Assembly (NCBI GenBank): GCA_013115125.1
Contig: JABANN010000176.1
Span: 1-56,825 of the forward strand
Length of the DNA: 56,825 nucleotides
From: Perkinsus olseni
Lineage: Eukaryota
Direction of reading: 5' to 3'
Below the pieces are notes generated by a model, which was given only the letters and a program-made list of their open reading frames with translations, ran no database searches and was not told where the DNA came from. This document shows, in pieces, positions 1-12,615 of the stretch. The stretch's first letter is position 1, and every line of letters begins with the position of its first letter. Both the position numbers and the translations under genes were made by a program.

Positions 1-30
1 AGGAACGCTCTTCAAAAGCGCTCTTTAAGA

Positions 31-56
31 GCCCTCCTGGGATCGAACTTGGCCTC
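31..56 (-). other. tRNA 3'-half/B-box in the intron ending at 84 (antisense to host)
   Basis: Reverse complement GAGGCCAAGTTCGATCCCAGGAGGGC. Confidence 0.5.
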
Positions 57-84
57 GACTATTGAACACCCCGACCATTTTCAG

Positions 85-525
85 GCGGGACCCAGAAGTT
101 GAAGTCTCAGAACGAGAATCTTCGTAAAACGTTGAGGAATACGCTAAGATGGATCAAGAATTCAAGATTCCCCGTTAAGAATCTATCCCCTTCTCTTCCA
201 GCAGAACCACCAGGTGAGTTACGCCCTGATCGAGTTTGTATCACTTTATTGCGTACAGGTCAACCGAGTGTGGATTCGAAAATTTCCGATTCTGAGTGTG
301 GGGAATGTGAAAAATTGAAGGAAAATAATTCCGTCCTGGTTGAAATAAATAGAAAGATTTTGGCGGAGTATCGGGCGGTGAAGGCGGAGAGAGATGTGCT
401 TCTTTCAAAGGTAAGAATGATTTCCGCTAGTTCGTCAGCACATGCTGTTCATTTAGTCTCACAACTTTAAGGCTTCGCCTGGCTTTGGGTATCTTACCTC
501 GAAGGATGACGATATTGAGTTGTGA
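85..525 (+). CDS. 3' part of a spliced hypothetical coiled-coil protein (5' end outside window)
   Basis: Exons 85-213, 259-410, 472-525 joined by GT-AG introns give an open frame ending ...KASPGFGYLTSKDDDIEL*; heptad-like segment EKLKENNSVLVEINRKILAEYRAVKAERDVLLSK. Confidence 0.55.
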
Positions 526-3500
526 ATGTGATTGTTTTCCATGTGTCCTGTTTGTAACAGTTGTCCACGCTGCACTCCCACGTTGTGTTGTGGCGAAGTG
601 AGGGGATATCTTTTCCATTGTAGTATGACATTAGTCGATGCCCTTCCAGTAGAGGAAAGGACTACAGTCGGAGAGGAGGCGAAGGCACGGGAGAAGCGGG
701 AATGGTTTATGGGAGTGGTAGTGCTGAAGGGGAAAGGCTAATAACTGTTATTCTACCAGAATCGGTCATGGGCTGTATGACGGGGGTAACTTCACCAGTA
801 ATTCCGCCGTCCGCGGAGTATTGCTTGCGGCGTTCGATTGCATAATTTCGTTCAATTCTCATGTGTCAACGGTGAAATCATTCAGAAATATTCGTCGATT
901 TTCTACCCTGGATATACACTCAGTGACGAGGAGAATGCATGATGTAAATTTGAGACCGTTACCCCACGTGACGCGCGGACGGTGGTGGAACTTCTCTAGC
1001 ACTGAGCCAGTACTCTAGTGCTGTCTGGAGTCCCAGCTGCTGTCAAGTGGCATATCGGCCTCATCTTTGCACGTGGGATTTTCTCTGCTAAATACTGTAT
1101 ATTAGATGGACTATGTTTGTGATGATTATCTATTTCCGTGTGAGGCCACTATGCCTCGTGGCGCGTAATTGTTTTCCTTAGCTATCATATGAAGGGAATA
1201 GAACCATTCGGTTTCAGTAATTATTATCGCATCCAGAATATTCGTTTCTATGTTATATGAATACTACGTGGTTTATATTATCATCGCCATTCATTCCCGA
1301 GTAAAGCTTTCACCGTACCTATCAGAGCATCATGATCGCAAGCGTCCTGTTCTTGGTTATTGGTCTGTACGCGGTATGTTTTTCGGAGATGATGCCCTAC
1401 ACGGGTGTAGGAGTCCTTGATTGGCTGAAGGAAGATTGGTGAGTCCGTTAGATGTCCCGGTTCCCATGGCTTTGGTCGCGGGTACAACCCTCTCAACGTG
1501 CTCTATCATTCCGTCCATTCCGTGCTGGAAGAGTCAATCCACGTAATCAATCATCATATGGATATGTACACTTCAGTATTAATGAGAATATATAATAGTT
1601 TCATTCTTGAGTGTCCTTGATATTCACTTACAAGTGATATCTCTTTCTAGGTACTATTCCTGTCTGGTGCCAGCTCTTGTGCCGTTATACTTTATCTTCA
1701 TGCTGTGGCAGTGGACTAGTACTCAATATTTTCGATACGCCTGAGTCTCCCATCGTCTATAAGGTGGTCTTGTTTATCAATTCGCGGGGAGTCATTTTCA
1801 ACCAGGGGTTGGTGGTGGGGCACAGCCGTCATGGCCCGTCAGATCGAGCAGGATGATGTGCTGGTCAGGGAGCCGCTGATTGCTAGGGTGGGACAAAATA
1901 CGGTTCCGGGCGATGAGAAGGCAGAGCGTCGCGAAAAGAGCGACGGCCTGAGATCCGCATTGAAGGTGAAAAAGACAGCATGGTGGGCTGAGATAAAGTT
2001 GTGCCGACTCTCAGGTCGCCAAGGAGCGTGCTGCAGCCATGCCCGGTCGTTTGGTCTTCCTGCTTCTACTAGGGCTCTCCCCTTTAGGGATTATGCTCGT
2101 CTTTTGTAGGGAGGGGTGGAGAGATATGTGGGGGCCTCCCTCCGCTGACTCCGGTTGAGCTGAGTCATCTTCCTGTATCGTATTCCCTAGGAGCTTCGTT
2201 CTTAAGAGGGCATATAGTATAGGTGTTCTTTGTTTCAGCCCTCACCCGACTGCACAGTCTGCTGTTGGCAATGTTCATCATGCACGCTCTCTGCATGGTC
2301 CTCATACCAGCCACTTTCATCGTTTTGGACCGGGGTGACTCCAGCGTGGGATATAGGACCTATTTTTCAGGGGTAGGGACGCCGAATTCAAGTTGAGATA
2401 ATTGAAGTTATTGGGCCTGTGAGGCTCCCATAGTCGTCACTGGAAGTTTCCATAGACGACAGGCCTCCGCCGAAGCCGTAGTTAGTAATCGGTGAAAAAT
2501 CGTCGCTAATATCTCTAGATTCTGGAGGCCAGATTTTGCGCCATCTGTTTTTCGTTTGGCTAACGCATATCCGCCCTCGTCGCAAGTTCTGTCTCACAGT
2601 AGCGTTTGGTGATACTAGATTGTGACTACCTCAGTCGGCTGGTGCTAAGTCACCCGAAAGAAAGCAGGTGAGGGGGTCGCTCAAGAGGATATCAGAGGGC
2701 CCGGAGCGATACTCCTATGCCCACCCTCTGTAATCAAGCAAACACCTCTTATAGTGAGGGCATCATTCTCATCGATTCGACATCGACGCGGCGTCTCATC
2801 GTGTGTTCTGGTGCACCCCTATCTACCAAGCAGCGACCGGGATCTCCTTAGCAGCTCCGGGTTGTGGCAAAGGATGCTGCAGCGTGAGCTTCAGGTGACA
2901 CCGTTAACTAAACGGGCTCTATTAATTTCTCCGGGAATTCGGGAGACCAGAATCTAGAATTTAGTTCTCCTGAATCAGGATACAATCTAATGAGCCTCAG
3001 TAACTGATGACAGTATCGGTCACTATGGTTTGTATCAAGAACGCTGCTAGCTCTAAAGCCCCAGCTAATGTTGTTCAATTACTAAAGATATTTTGTGAAT
3101 GGTTTACGCGCTTTGCTTTCATCACAGAGAAGGAAAAGTGCTCTCGTGAGGGATACCTATTATATTAGTAGTCTAGCCCGCCTGTAACGGATGGAGATTG
3201 AGGTGATTCAATCACGAGGTGATTGAGCTCGACATGGACTTGAGGCCACTTAAGGGTAGGGGTCAGGCAACCACTGCAAAGAGGTTAGCTCAAGGGAGAG
3301 CGCGGCCTGCGTTACTTTGGGGCTGTTCTCGTTGCCTCGCCTCATGTACAAGATGAGCACACATTAAGGAAGTATGAGGAGAAGTCCTGTCCGTTTTACT
3401 ACAAGAAATATATTCCCGAGCGAGTGACACATGAGTCAGGTGATTTGACTATTGCGGTCGGGGCTGTGGTCATGGACGCCAACAGTGCCACGGTGAACGC

Positions 3501-4059
3501 CGTGTAGTGCGTCTTCGGCAAGATTGTAGTCGTTCATCGTTGCCGCTAGCACAGCAAAGAGTCCGTCAAAAGCGCGAACCTCACAACTGTGAACAACAGC
3601 CAGGCTGTGCCAGTGGTTGAAAAGCTGATGAGCTCAAGAGAGTGTTCTCTAGACGGCGGCATTTTGCGAGTGGCCATCAAGCGACGTCCTCTTCTCTCCT
3701 TCGGAGCCGTTAGCCCTCCTCAGTCGTAGCCGATATCGACTGCAGGGCAGGGTCACAGAGTATAGCTATGCCCGTATGCATCCACAGGCGAAGTCCTTTC
3801 TTGCGTTCTGGGTCTGAGGAGACTCCTGAGGCTCAGGCGACCCACGAACTGTAGGGTACAAATTGAGTGGAAGTAGCGAGTATCTTACACGTACCGTCTC
3901 TTCGGTCGGTGGAACATCAATTTCTGAGATAAATATAACCGACGGGATAAAACTCTGAAGCTCGACGTTACCGAACTTCGATCCACTCGGACTCGGGCGA
4001 TTTACCATCGGTTCATCTACCCATCCAAACTCGCTGGCATTCTGCTGCATCCACCTCAG

Positions 4060-5155
4060 GCTTCAAGCCGTCCCAATTTGCTGGTCGGGCTACTTTCCTT
4101 CTGCACAGTGTTGGCAGTCGGTTGTGGCCTGTATGCGGCCTTACGGTGTCGACAGTCAACTCGCAGCCTTCCAGTATGCATACCGAGCTGCCTCAAAGAG
4201 CTAACGTTTTATGGCTTCGGTGAGTCAACCTGGCTTCTCCTGGTCGTCCATGATTAGCCTCAGGTCTCCCAATGCCAGCGTTGCTGGCTCTCGGCTTCTA
4301 CTTTGGAATCGTCAATCCTGTTTTGGAGGAGTTTTTCTGGAGGGTCTTCCTGTACCGGGAGCTTGGGCAGAGGTGACGCTCCGAGTTGAGGGGGCCAAGC
4401 TCACTTCGCGCGCGAGTATCCGAATGATGTTGCCGGTGAGCCTTCATTCTTCACTAGCGTTCAATTTTCTCTCAGATTTTTCCCAGTTGAGCCTTCTGTT
4501 TCCGACGGTGTTGCGCGGCCTGATTCAGAGGCATTCCTCGATCTTGAGAACAACGGAAGTGGGTGATTGTTTCGCAATTTTCTCCGTTGTTTCCTGGGGA
4601 ACGCACATTGCGACTTCGTGACGGCCAAAGTGGGATAGCCTTTCTCAGGTCGACTGGAAGACGGCTCGATCCCCGGTGACGCTTCTGTATCGGAGTTCCC
4701 AGGCCAGCTATTGATATCGACTCTCTACGCATCCTATCACTTTGTGCTAGTTCGTGAGTTGCTGGACAGCTACACGCTAGCAACGCTCGCACTTTGCGGA
4801 CTGGTAGGCCTCGCCGTGCCCCTCGACTGTTGTTTCGTCTCCATTGATCACCTCTAAAGCTGTTCATCGTCATCAGGTGCTGTTCGGCCGTCTTCTCTCT
4901 TACTACTGTCAGCACCCTCGCAAGTTTGGCTTCATCGCGGCTTGTTTCTTGCACTCTGGACTCGATTTCGTAAGGGGTTCTCATTCGATAAGAATCTTAG
5001 AGCCTCACAGCCATGGCGCAAGCAGATCGCTACTGTCGTTTATCGCAGGCATAGCGGTCGGATCAGCTTTCTGTTACTCTCAGGTTGTGGACTTGGCCAT
5101 ATTGTGGCAAGTTGTAGAGCACAAGGCATTCTCAGCCGCCGCTGCCTCGGTTTGA
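4060..5155 (+). CDS. CPBP/Abi (CAAX prenyl protease type II-like) intramembrane metalloprotease, multi-exon; 5' exons unresolved
   Basis: Spliced translation gives hydrophobic helices with NPVLEEFFWRVFLY (EExxxR motif), LYASYHF (FxxxH-like) and CFLHSGLD (HxxxB-like); last exon VVDLAILWQVVEHKAFSAAAASV* ends at 5155. Confidence 0.8.
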
Positions 5156-5466
5156 CCAGATCTCGCAAGCAGCCCGAGGGTGGTTCATGCTGATCCGACG
5201 ATGGATTCACCCTCTAGGGGCACTACAACGATGAGTACTGTGGTATATCATTTGCATCATATCATGACAACTAGCCACACCGTCAATGCTTTGCGTTATC
5301 GAGTACTGAGTTGCCGAGGTCTGTGCGGTGTTGTTTCATCTCTCTTTAATGCAAGCGTGGTATCTGATGTAAAAATTGGATATTCCCCTACTCGATCCCA
5401 TTTGCCTTCTAGACGCCTGAGGCTTCGGCGTGGTGCAGTTTTTATTCGTTTTTACCGTACCCTCAG

Positions 5467-5949
5467 ATGTCCTCCTCTGAAACCGCCATGCGGCTGCGGA
5501 TTGCGCTTCTGAAGTGAGCGTGAGGGCGTCTGCAGAAGAGCGTCATTGTTTTCCATTGTAGGCATCCGAAGCGTCTAGCGTTGAAGGCCAAACTGGCCGC
5601 AACCCCACCGAAGATGGTTTCAATCCAAATCAATAATAATAAATACGAGGAGGCGGCCAATCAGACAATTTTGCAAGTCGCACACAAGCACGGCGTGAGG
5701 GAATAATTTCGTGGCGCGCGGTCAGATTTTTGCTGTGTAGGTTAGGATACCCCATAATTGCCGGGCAGGGATCTGCTGGGCGTGTGAAGCTAATGTGAAC
5801 GGGAAGCCGACGCAGACTTGCTATACACCGATAGAGGATGGCATGTAGGGGAAAGCGGCGGCGACGAGTGGCGAGCAGGTGATCTCAGGTACGTAGTTGA
5901 GAAGGCTCGGGAGATGATGCATTGGCGGCAGCACACTGGTGATGAATAA
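5467..5949 (+). CDS. Small 2Fe-2S ferredoxin-type domain protein with basic N-terminal extension
   Basis: Exons 5467-5513, 5562-5694, 5741-5844, 5889-5949 splice in frame: MSSSETAMRLRIALLKHPKRLALKAKLAATPPKMVSIQINNNKYEEAANQTILQVAHKHGVRIPHNCRAGICWACEANVNGKPTQTCYTPIEDGMYVVEKAREMMHWRQHTGDE*; C-x4-C-x2-C...C motif. Confidence 0.85.
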
Positions 5950-6057
5950 CAACAACAACAACAACAGCATCCTCCCTGCCCTGTCCTTTCCTCACCGAGA
6001 AGGCGCTGATTTGGTTTTTTAATATTTACGACAGTATAGTGCAATTTAATGGTTGCA

Positions 6058-6750
6058 GTTGAGGACGCAGCGAGTGTTTACCAACGGTATGGGATTGAGC
6101 GCGGGCTTAATGGCGGACCCTAGCAGAAGCTCCCTGATGATTGCCGGTCTCCTGTCGATCGTGGCGTGAGAGTCCACAGATTCGCCTATGCTTATTAATA
6201 GCGTCGATTGCGCTGCACAGGACCCTTATGGAGCGCTGAAAATTGTTTATGTGAATATTGCTCGCGCAGTTTCTTGCAGTCACTATGGTATTCGATAAGC
6301 TACCCTCTAGGGCTTCGCGACAACACGTTCGGTGGCTCCTCCAGCCAGTGCGCCATTACTGGCAGAAGCCCGGCAAGGAGGTTATCAAACCCAGGTGGAT
6401 CGTTCTGTATCCAGTCATACCGTGTGCAGCTTCTTCATAGATATTCCTATTTCGTTGACGCAGAGTGTGAGACAGGGAACGGCTGGAAGTGGTTGGAGGT
6501 CAGTGGGGATCTCTGGTGCCAATGATAAGGGCTGTTTCAGAACTATCACACCCAGATGGGAAAGGCCTTGGCAACATGGTGAGCGGACGGGGTCACGACT
6601 GGACTACGATGTTAAACGGTAGGAAGAAGATAAGACGCCGAACACCATGGGATGGGTATAGCGAACGATCGGTGAACCGCAGAGATGCCAGTCGTAAGTG
6701 GCATGCCATGATAATAGCGAAAGGGAAGCAGAAAGGTGGAGGTTGATAAT
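6058..6750 (+). CDS. Possible multi-exon hypothetical gene
   Basis: A series of short GT-AG intron candidates joins open segments (QKLPDDCRSPVDRG|DPYGALKIVY|SLWYSISYPLG...); no recognisable domain, start and stop not fixed. Confidence 0.25.
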
Positions 6751-6895
6751 GGGTCATGTAACTTAGGAAGTTTCCGATCAGACCATGAGTGTTGGGTTTT
6801 TGACAGCGGCAGTTTGCCCTCGTGGGCTCGCTGAGCGGTTCAAATGGGAACCAGCTGTGCCTGAAGTTCAACGACAGATGCCCGCATAAACCAAA

Positions 6896-6968
6896 AGCCT
6901 TCTGCCGGAGTTGAACCGACGACCTCCCGCTTACTAAGCGGGTGCTCTACCAACTAAGCTAAGAAGGC
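6896..6968 (-). tRNA. trnT-AGT: tRNA-Thr(AGT)
   Basis: Reverse complement GCCTTCTTAGCTTAGTTGGTAGAGCACCCGCTTAGTAAGCGGGAGGTCGTCGGTTCAACTCCGGCAGAAGGCT folds as a full cloverleaf with anticodon AGT and runs into a TTTT tract. Confidence 0.95.
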
Positions 6969-7076
6969 TGAAATTCAATCTTTGAATGTCCCTCCGGCCA
7001 ACGCTGGCATGCTCATATGACTGACTGCCGGTGTCAAGCCAGACCCTAAGATGGATTCACGACTGTCGATCACATA

Positions 7077-7150
7077 TACTGGAACCGAGAGTCGAACTCG
7101 GGACCTACTGCGTGTGAGGCAGTCGTCATAACCAACTAGACCATTCCAGC
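7077..7150 (-). tRNA. trnV-CAC: tRNA-Val(CAC)
   Basis: Reverse complement GCTGGAATGGTCTAGTTGGTTATGACGACTGCCTCACACGCAGTAGGTCCCGAGTTCGACTCTCGGTTCCAGTA; all four stems pair, anticodon CAC. Confidence 0.92.
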
Positions 7151-9324
7151 TCTCTCTTGCTTACAGTTTGACCCGAGTCGGCAGAAATTCGTCCACCCTG
7201 AGAAGCCAAGCCCTATACAGTAGTGTTCCAGTCGAACTAGAGTACTCTGCCGCAGTGGTTGTCTACTACCCCTATCAATTTCTACCCCTGAGGGTGATCA
7301 CCGTGATAGATCCGCTCGTAACCGGTAGATATGGCTACCACACTGTGTATCATGAATCGGTCGTTCGCTTTCGGTTGCCGATGTCGAACTTATTGCGCGA
7401 TCGGTCGTGAAGTGTTCAAGATGCAGGTTCGAGCAGCGGTTATTGATAAACGATTAAGTGCAACCCGTATCGAAGGATCTTGCCTTTTGCATATCAGAGA
7501 AGCCATTCCTCAGGTGTCGCATATTTCTCGTTTCCCCGGGGGAAAAATCCCCTCCACCGGAAGGCCTCGAGTGTCAGAATTTGACAGTCGACTGATGATC
7601 CATGTAATTGACACCTCCCGCACAGAACTCGTACAACACTGTACCAACAGTGTGTGTCAACAGCAGCAGAGGGTTAAATCACATAACAACATGATATATC
7701 AAATCTGGGGTCTCCTTCGGTTCCATTCCTTGATCTCCCGAATCGCGCTTTCGCTCGTGTTCGCCATGAAATTCTTAAAGGCTTCCACTCCAGAGCCGAA
7801 GCCGGTCGGAGGGTTGCTCAGGATCTCCTTAAGTAGGTCTTTGCAGCGCCCTGGGGGCTCCATAAGATAACTAGCTATACTTTCCCTCGACTTAGCGAGA
7901 GGATCGAAGGTGGCAAACTTCGTCCTGATTTCAGATATGTCACCCTCAGCACTATTCACCTCGTTGAGAGAGTAAACAAAAAACTCCTTGTCTTCAGCAA
8001 GATAGGTCCTGAAAGAATCACGGCCCGCAGTGAATGACTCGGAAATAAATTTCATTTAATGAAAGCAGCCCTGCGCGGTATCGCATACATGATCCTCATT
8101 AGTGGCGTTACTAAGGGTAATTTACACATATAGTAAATTGCTTTGACGGAGTATGCAACTTTTGGAGGCACAGACGGGCGAGGGAGCTCACCTAGTGGTA
8201 ACAGAGACTTGCGACAAATCATCTTGTGCGTTGGTAACGAGTACACCATCTCTCAGGAAGAAGAAGAGGCTCATGAATCCGCCATCGTGGCGATACTCGA
8301 AATGGCAAGACCCATCGGCATCTTGAATCTGAGGGCCGATGCGAACACGGCAGCGCTACTAGAGCAACCACCTTCACGTGTTTTCCTTGAGGGTCCGTGT
8401 GACAGAAAAATCCCACCTGCAGGAAAACTCGCTGATGCCTGATCCCCCTTGTCAGTTCTCGGTTTTATGCGCATGCACTTACGGCCTATGAATAGCCTTC
8501 ATTACACCCGACTACGAGCTTTCAAATATTAGGTGACGATAACGAAGACGTTGCAGAACGCACTCAGCTGTTGTGGTTCAGACTGGAACCTCTACCTGCG
8601 GTGTCCGAGAGCCTTCCGGCTTCCCGGCCTCCCGGCGGGAGGACTGTAGAGCCATTACTGCTGCTAGACCCACCGAGAAGGGCAGGCGGATAATGGCAAC
8701 CATCAAGAGGGATGGAGAAAATCGCTCAACTAAATAGTCTCAGTTTCGCTTCGAGTTCTGAGGCTACCGAACCGAGCATAAATGAAGCATTCTTGGCACG
8801 AGCGAGAATGACCATAGTCTAGTTCGGTAATAGTCAACGGGCGTTGTGGAAGAACTGTTGCAGTGAGGTTCTGCATGCAGAGACCTACTGAAAAAGCTCT
8901 TGAAACCAACCGAGTTGCTATCGCCCCGAAGATCGGAAACCCTCGGAGACGGCGCGAATGAGAGATGCATCATGTCTCCTGTGAGACTGCGCACGCCACT
9001 ATCCTGTCACAACACGTGCGCCGGCCGGCGGGCGCACACATGTCCGTTAGAGTGGGAGAGTGGGGGTTCTGAGTGTTGCATGGAGCCAGATCGGGCGAGA
9101 AAGGTAACATTAAACTGGACCGGCATTCGTGAGCTCCAACCGGCTCACGAACGCTGATCGAAGACTGTCGGGCTTCAGTGGGAGTCACGGAAAATGGCAA
9201 TATACGCTTCACCGTGAAGATTTGTGGAAATTTCATTTCTATGAGTGGTGTCTTGAAAGATGCGACTGCTTCGTAAGATAAGCTCCCAAATCTCCGAGCG
9301 CAGGACAGACTTCGAGATTTAAAG

Positions 9325-9396
9325 GGTCCTATAGTGTAGTGGTTAGCACTCTGGACTTTGAATCCAGCGACTCGGGTTCGAATCCCGATAGGACCT
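9325..9396 (+). tRNA. trnQ-TTG: tRNA-Gln(TTG)
   Basis: GGTCCTATAGTGTAGTGGTTAGCACTCTGGACTTTGAATCCAGCGACTCGGGTTCGAATCCCGATAGGACCT; canonical cloverleaf, anticodon TTG. Confidence 0.95.
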
Positions 9397-9989
9397 ATTA
9401 TACTCGAAGCGTATGTGTACGCAGCGGCAGGTTGAATGATTGTTCGGTTGCTATAACGTAGGTAGCGTGGGTAACCTGCGTGAACGTAGGTACATGCTGG
9501 TTATGAGAAAACCATGACCACACAGGGCAATGACTCCCACGGGACGTTCAGTAGACAATGCCAAAACCAGTTCCGAAACAGGTTATCAAGACTGGTTATC
9601 GAACTACGTTCATCGAAGTGGTTTTTGAGTTTTCTTTGACCCACTTCTAGTACCTATTCTCTGAACGCGATTGCATCGATATCGGTTCTGCAACCACTGC
9701 TCAACCTTGTTCACTCGTTGCAATCCCACAACTACCTACACCCTTCGGTGTTCACCCTTTAGGGCAGAATAGGTTTTCTAGCGAGAGTTCCGCTACATGG
9801 GAGGTAAAGTCCCCATGTAACGAAGAACACCACGCGATAACATGAACCAACCGAACACACATGATCACTCGTTAACTTGTTGAACTTGCCCAATAAATTG
9901 ACCTTCAACCAGTTTCAGGACCTGTCTACTGAATGACACGTCAGTGTCGAGCCAGACCCTAAGAGAGAATCACGACAATCGATCACACA

Positions 9990-10063
9990 TACTCGAACTG
10001 TGGGTTGAACTCGGGATTTTCTGCGTGTGAGGCAGAGGTCATAACCAACTAGACCATTCAAGC
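9990..10063 (-). pseudogene. tRNA-Val(CAC) probable pseudogene, diverged duplicate of 7077-7150
   Basis: Same D-arm and anticodon as the 7077 copy; acceptor and anticodon stems pair but the T-stem CCGAG/CACAG has two mismatches; shares about 50 nt of downstream flank with the 7077 copy. Confidence 0.7.
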
Positions 10064-10297
10064 ATATGTGGTAGATCGACCTCGAGTCGACTCGCCAGAG
10101 AAACGATACCAGAGTTGAGTTACCATCCCAGAAGATGTTCCGCAACTCATCAGAATTCGATGAATGGGATATGATATTTTCACGGTGGATAAACTCGATC
10201 GTTGTGTTTGAGAACTTTCTGAGTACCTTCGCCCCCGAAGGTACTCACCGGTAGAACGCAACGAAAACGTAACCAAACAATGAAAAAATGTTCGAAT

Positions 10298-11075
10298 TCA
10301 TGCCTGATCAGCAGCTTCATTATTCTCGAGAGACAGTATGAACTCCCACTCAGCCGGCATGACACGTTGAACTGAGAGCCTTGCCGTAGTAAAGAGCCCC
10401 ATCGACGATAACTGCACAGTGCAAGACCTCCTCCGCTGGCCTGATCGGAGGCAACTCACCTCCTTCTCGCGATACTCTTTCAGCTCATCGAGAGATATCT
10501 TTCTGCCGAGCTTCCGTATGAACCTGCAAACTCGACAGGATTCGGATACTCCATCCGCTCCGATCGGATCCTCGCCCACTCACTTGACATCAACCATGTC
10601 CCACTTAGGATTCTCCTTGCTGCTTCTTGGATCAAAATGGGGATTCTTAGGATCGAATTGGGTATCATCCGGATAAGCTTCTCTGACCACCTCAACAATA
10701 CCTGCCACCATCACATGCCCATCCACCGACTTGCACGCAGCTACTACCCACAATCCCAGGAGGTTTGCAGTTGGAGTGGTAGAAAAACCCTCTATCCCCC
10801 ATCTTCATCTCCCTCATAAGATTCCTCGCCTGATAATTCCTCACTCCATCCCACTCAGCCGTGCCGTTCTCGCTGGCTATCAAATCATCAATACTGAACT
10901 TCATTTCCATACCCTTCTCATAGCGGCTCTCCGGCTCCGATTTGAAGAGGTAGAACATCTCCCCCTCGCGGGGTGCCGTCTTCCCTCCCTTCTTCACAGC
11001 CACTTTCCGCGCCCTCGTCGGGGCTACCGGAGAGGACGGAGCTTCTTCCGAGCCTCGCTTTCTTTTACCAGCCAT
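10298..11075 (-). CDS. THYN1: EVE-domain protein (thymocyte nuclear protein 1-like), multi-exon
   Basis: YLFKSEP...FSIDDL...WDGVRNYQARNLMREMKMGDRGFFYHSNCKPPGIVG...AYPDDTQFDPKNPHFDPRSSKENPKWDMVDV...ARLSVQRV are EVE hallmarks. Confidence 0.92.
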
Positions 11076-11283
11076 AACGAGCCTTTTCTCCTGCAAGAGG
11101 GCAGTCCTTCCCACCAGTCCAACGCAACCACTTCACGTGATGAGAGTTTCCCTTCCTACGATGATACTGATGAAAACTAACAACAAACGATTCAGAATTC
11201 ATTTAAAGAGCTGTTCAATTAAAAAGACAGCCTTCGGTGCATCCACCTAGATGACCGACCGCATCAAGAATATAAAAAACGTA

Positions 11284-12454
11284 TCACACCAGAGTCGAGC
11301 TTGGATCCGCCCTATCAGGAGTGTCCTCAACCTTCGAAAGTGGTGTTGCCTCGAACGCGATAGCTCTCGGAACAACATCCGAAGCTGATTCATCACGAGG
11401 AGTCTGAATCCAATCATGATCGCCAATTTCGTGGCGCGCGAGAAAACTCACCTTGCTCATTTTCTCGTCATCGCCCACGATGGACGGGTTGGGGGAGGTG
11501 TTGTTGCTGCTCGCGATCGTTGTTGTTGTGGGTCCCCTTCGAGGAGCTTTCTGTCTTCCCTCGCCCTTCGATCTTCCCATCCCTACCGGTGCCGCCGCCT
11601 GCAGACAAATTCTTCCGTGTGCGCAAAGATACGATTCCTCCTACCTCCGGAGGCTCTTCGCCTTCCAATGGCATGGGAATAGCGACCGGATTCCCTTTCA
11701 ACTCCTGGAAAGAGGCAATCGATCACCAGGGCGCGCGCTACTCTCTCACCATCTCATGGATCCTGCCAATGCGAATGATCTGCTCGATGTACTCCCGACA
11801 CTTGGGGCAATGACGTCCGCCAACAGCAAGATTGCATCCAACGTAAATACTGCAGACCTGCGTAGTCAATCAAATCGATCAGACGATCGATTATGCATGC
11901 ACAATTACTTGACAGAAACCTCCGTGATTGCACGGAAGCAACACGCAATCTCCAGGGCGATCGAGGCATATGCTGCATGGAAGGAGGACACCACTAAGAA
12001 CAGACCCAAATCTTGCAATCTTGCAAATCCTCAACTCTCCTCACCTTGAGTCCCCTGCTAGTTGTAAGCCATGGTTAGCCCCCCTTTGACGTGGCACTGT
12101 GCACGATGGTTCTTCCACGACATCCACGCCTCGGTCACCCAGCGGATACACAGTAACCCGATTCACCGACCTGATCACGATTTGCGGAAGGAGTGGTATG
12201 AGTGGAGCATTAATATCGTCCCTCCTCCCCTCACATACTTGCAAGATTCGCATAGAAAGTTATTCGCTTCCTCAGGAATTCTCGTCGAGGCCCGACAATT
12301 GCCGCATTCAATCTCGACGCCATCCACCACGAAATCGGCCCCTTCCTTCTTGCTGCTGCTGACCAGCGGCACCGAACTGACGAAAAAATGGACAATTTCT
12401 CAGCGGAGCGATGCAATCTTTGCCATACTACCATCGACGATCCTTCTTCGACAT
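11284..12454 (-). CDS. RING-HC (C3HC4) zinc finger protein, putative E3 ligase, multi-exon
   Basis: Spliced CSICLDRPGDCVLLPCNHGGFCQ|VCSIYVGCNLAVGGRHCPKCREYIEQII; ATG at 12454, last exon TPRDE...SSTLV* ends at 11284. Confidence 0.8.
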
Positions 12455-12615
12455 CTTCCCGCACTTGAGAAAAGACAGTTTTCGTAAGAAAGATGGCATG
12501 GCCGATTGACTGACGCAAACACCCCCTGCCGAAAATACTCAACTCCCTGCTTCGCTCCGCTAAGATTTATCAAAAACACAACCCAACACAACCCTTCCAC
12601 GTTAACTAGACTGAC

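Noticed and set aside
526-4059. Short ORFs in this region as genes or retroelement parts
   Set aside because: No RT, integrase or gag motifs seen; the 5' exons of the CPBP gene may lie here but could not be resolved
7699-8442. ORFs 7699-8055 (-) and 8143-8442 (+) as genes
   Set aside because: No recognisable domain or consistent exon chain; they may be gene relics but cannot be supported
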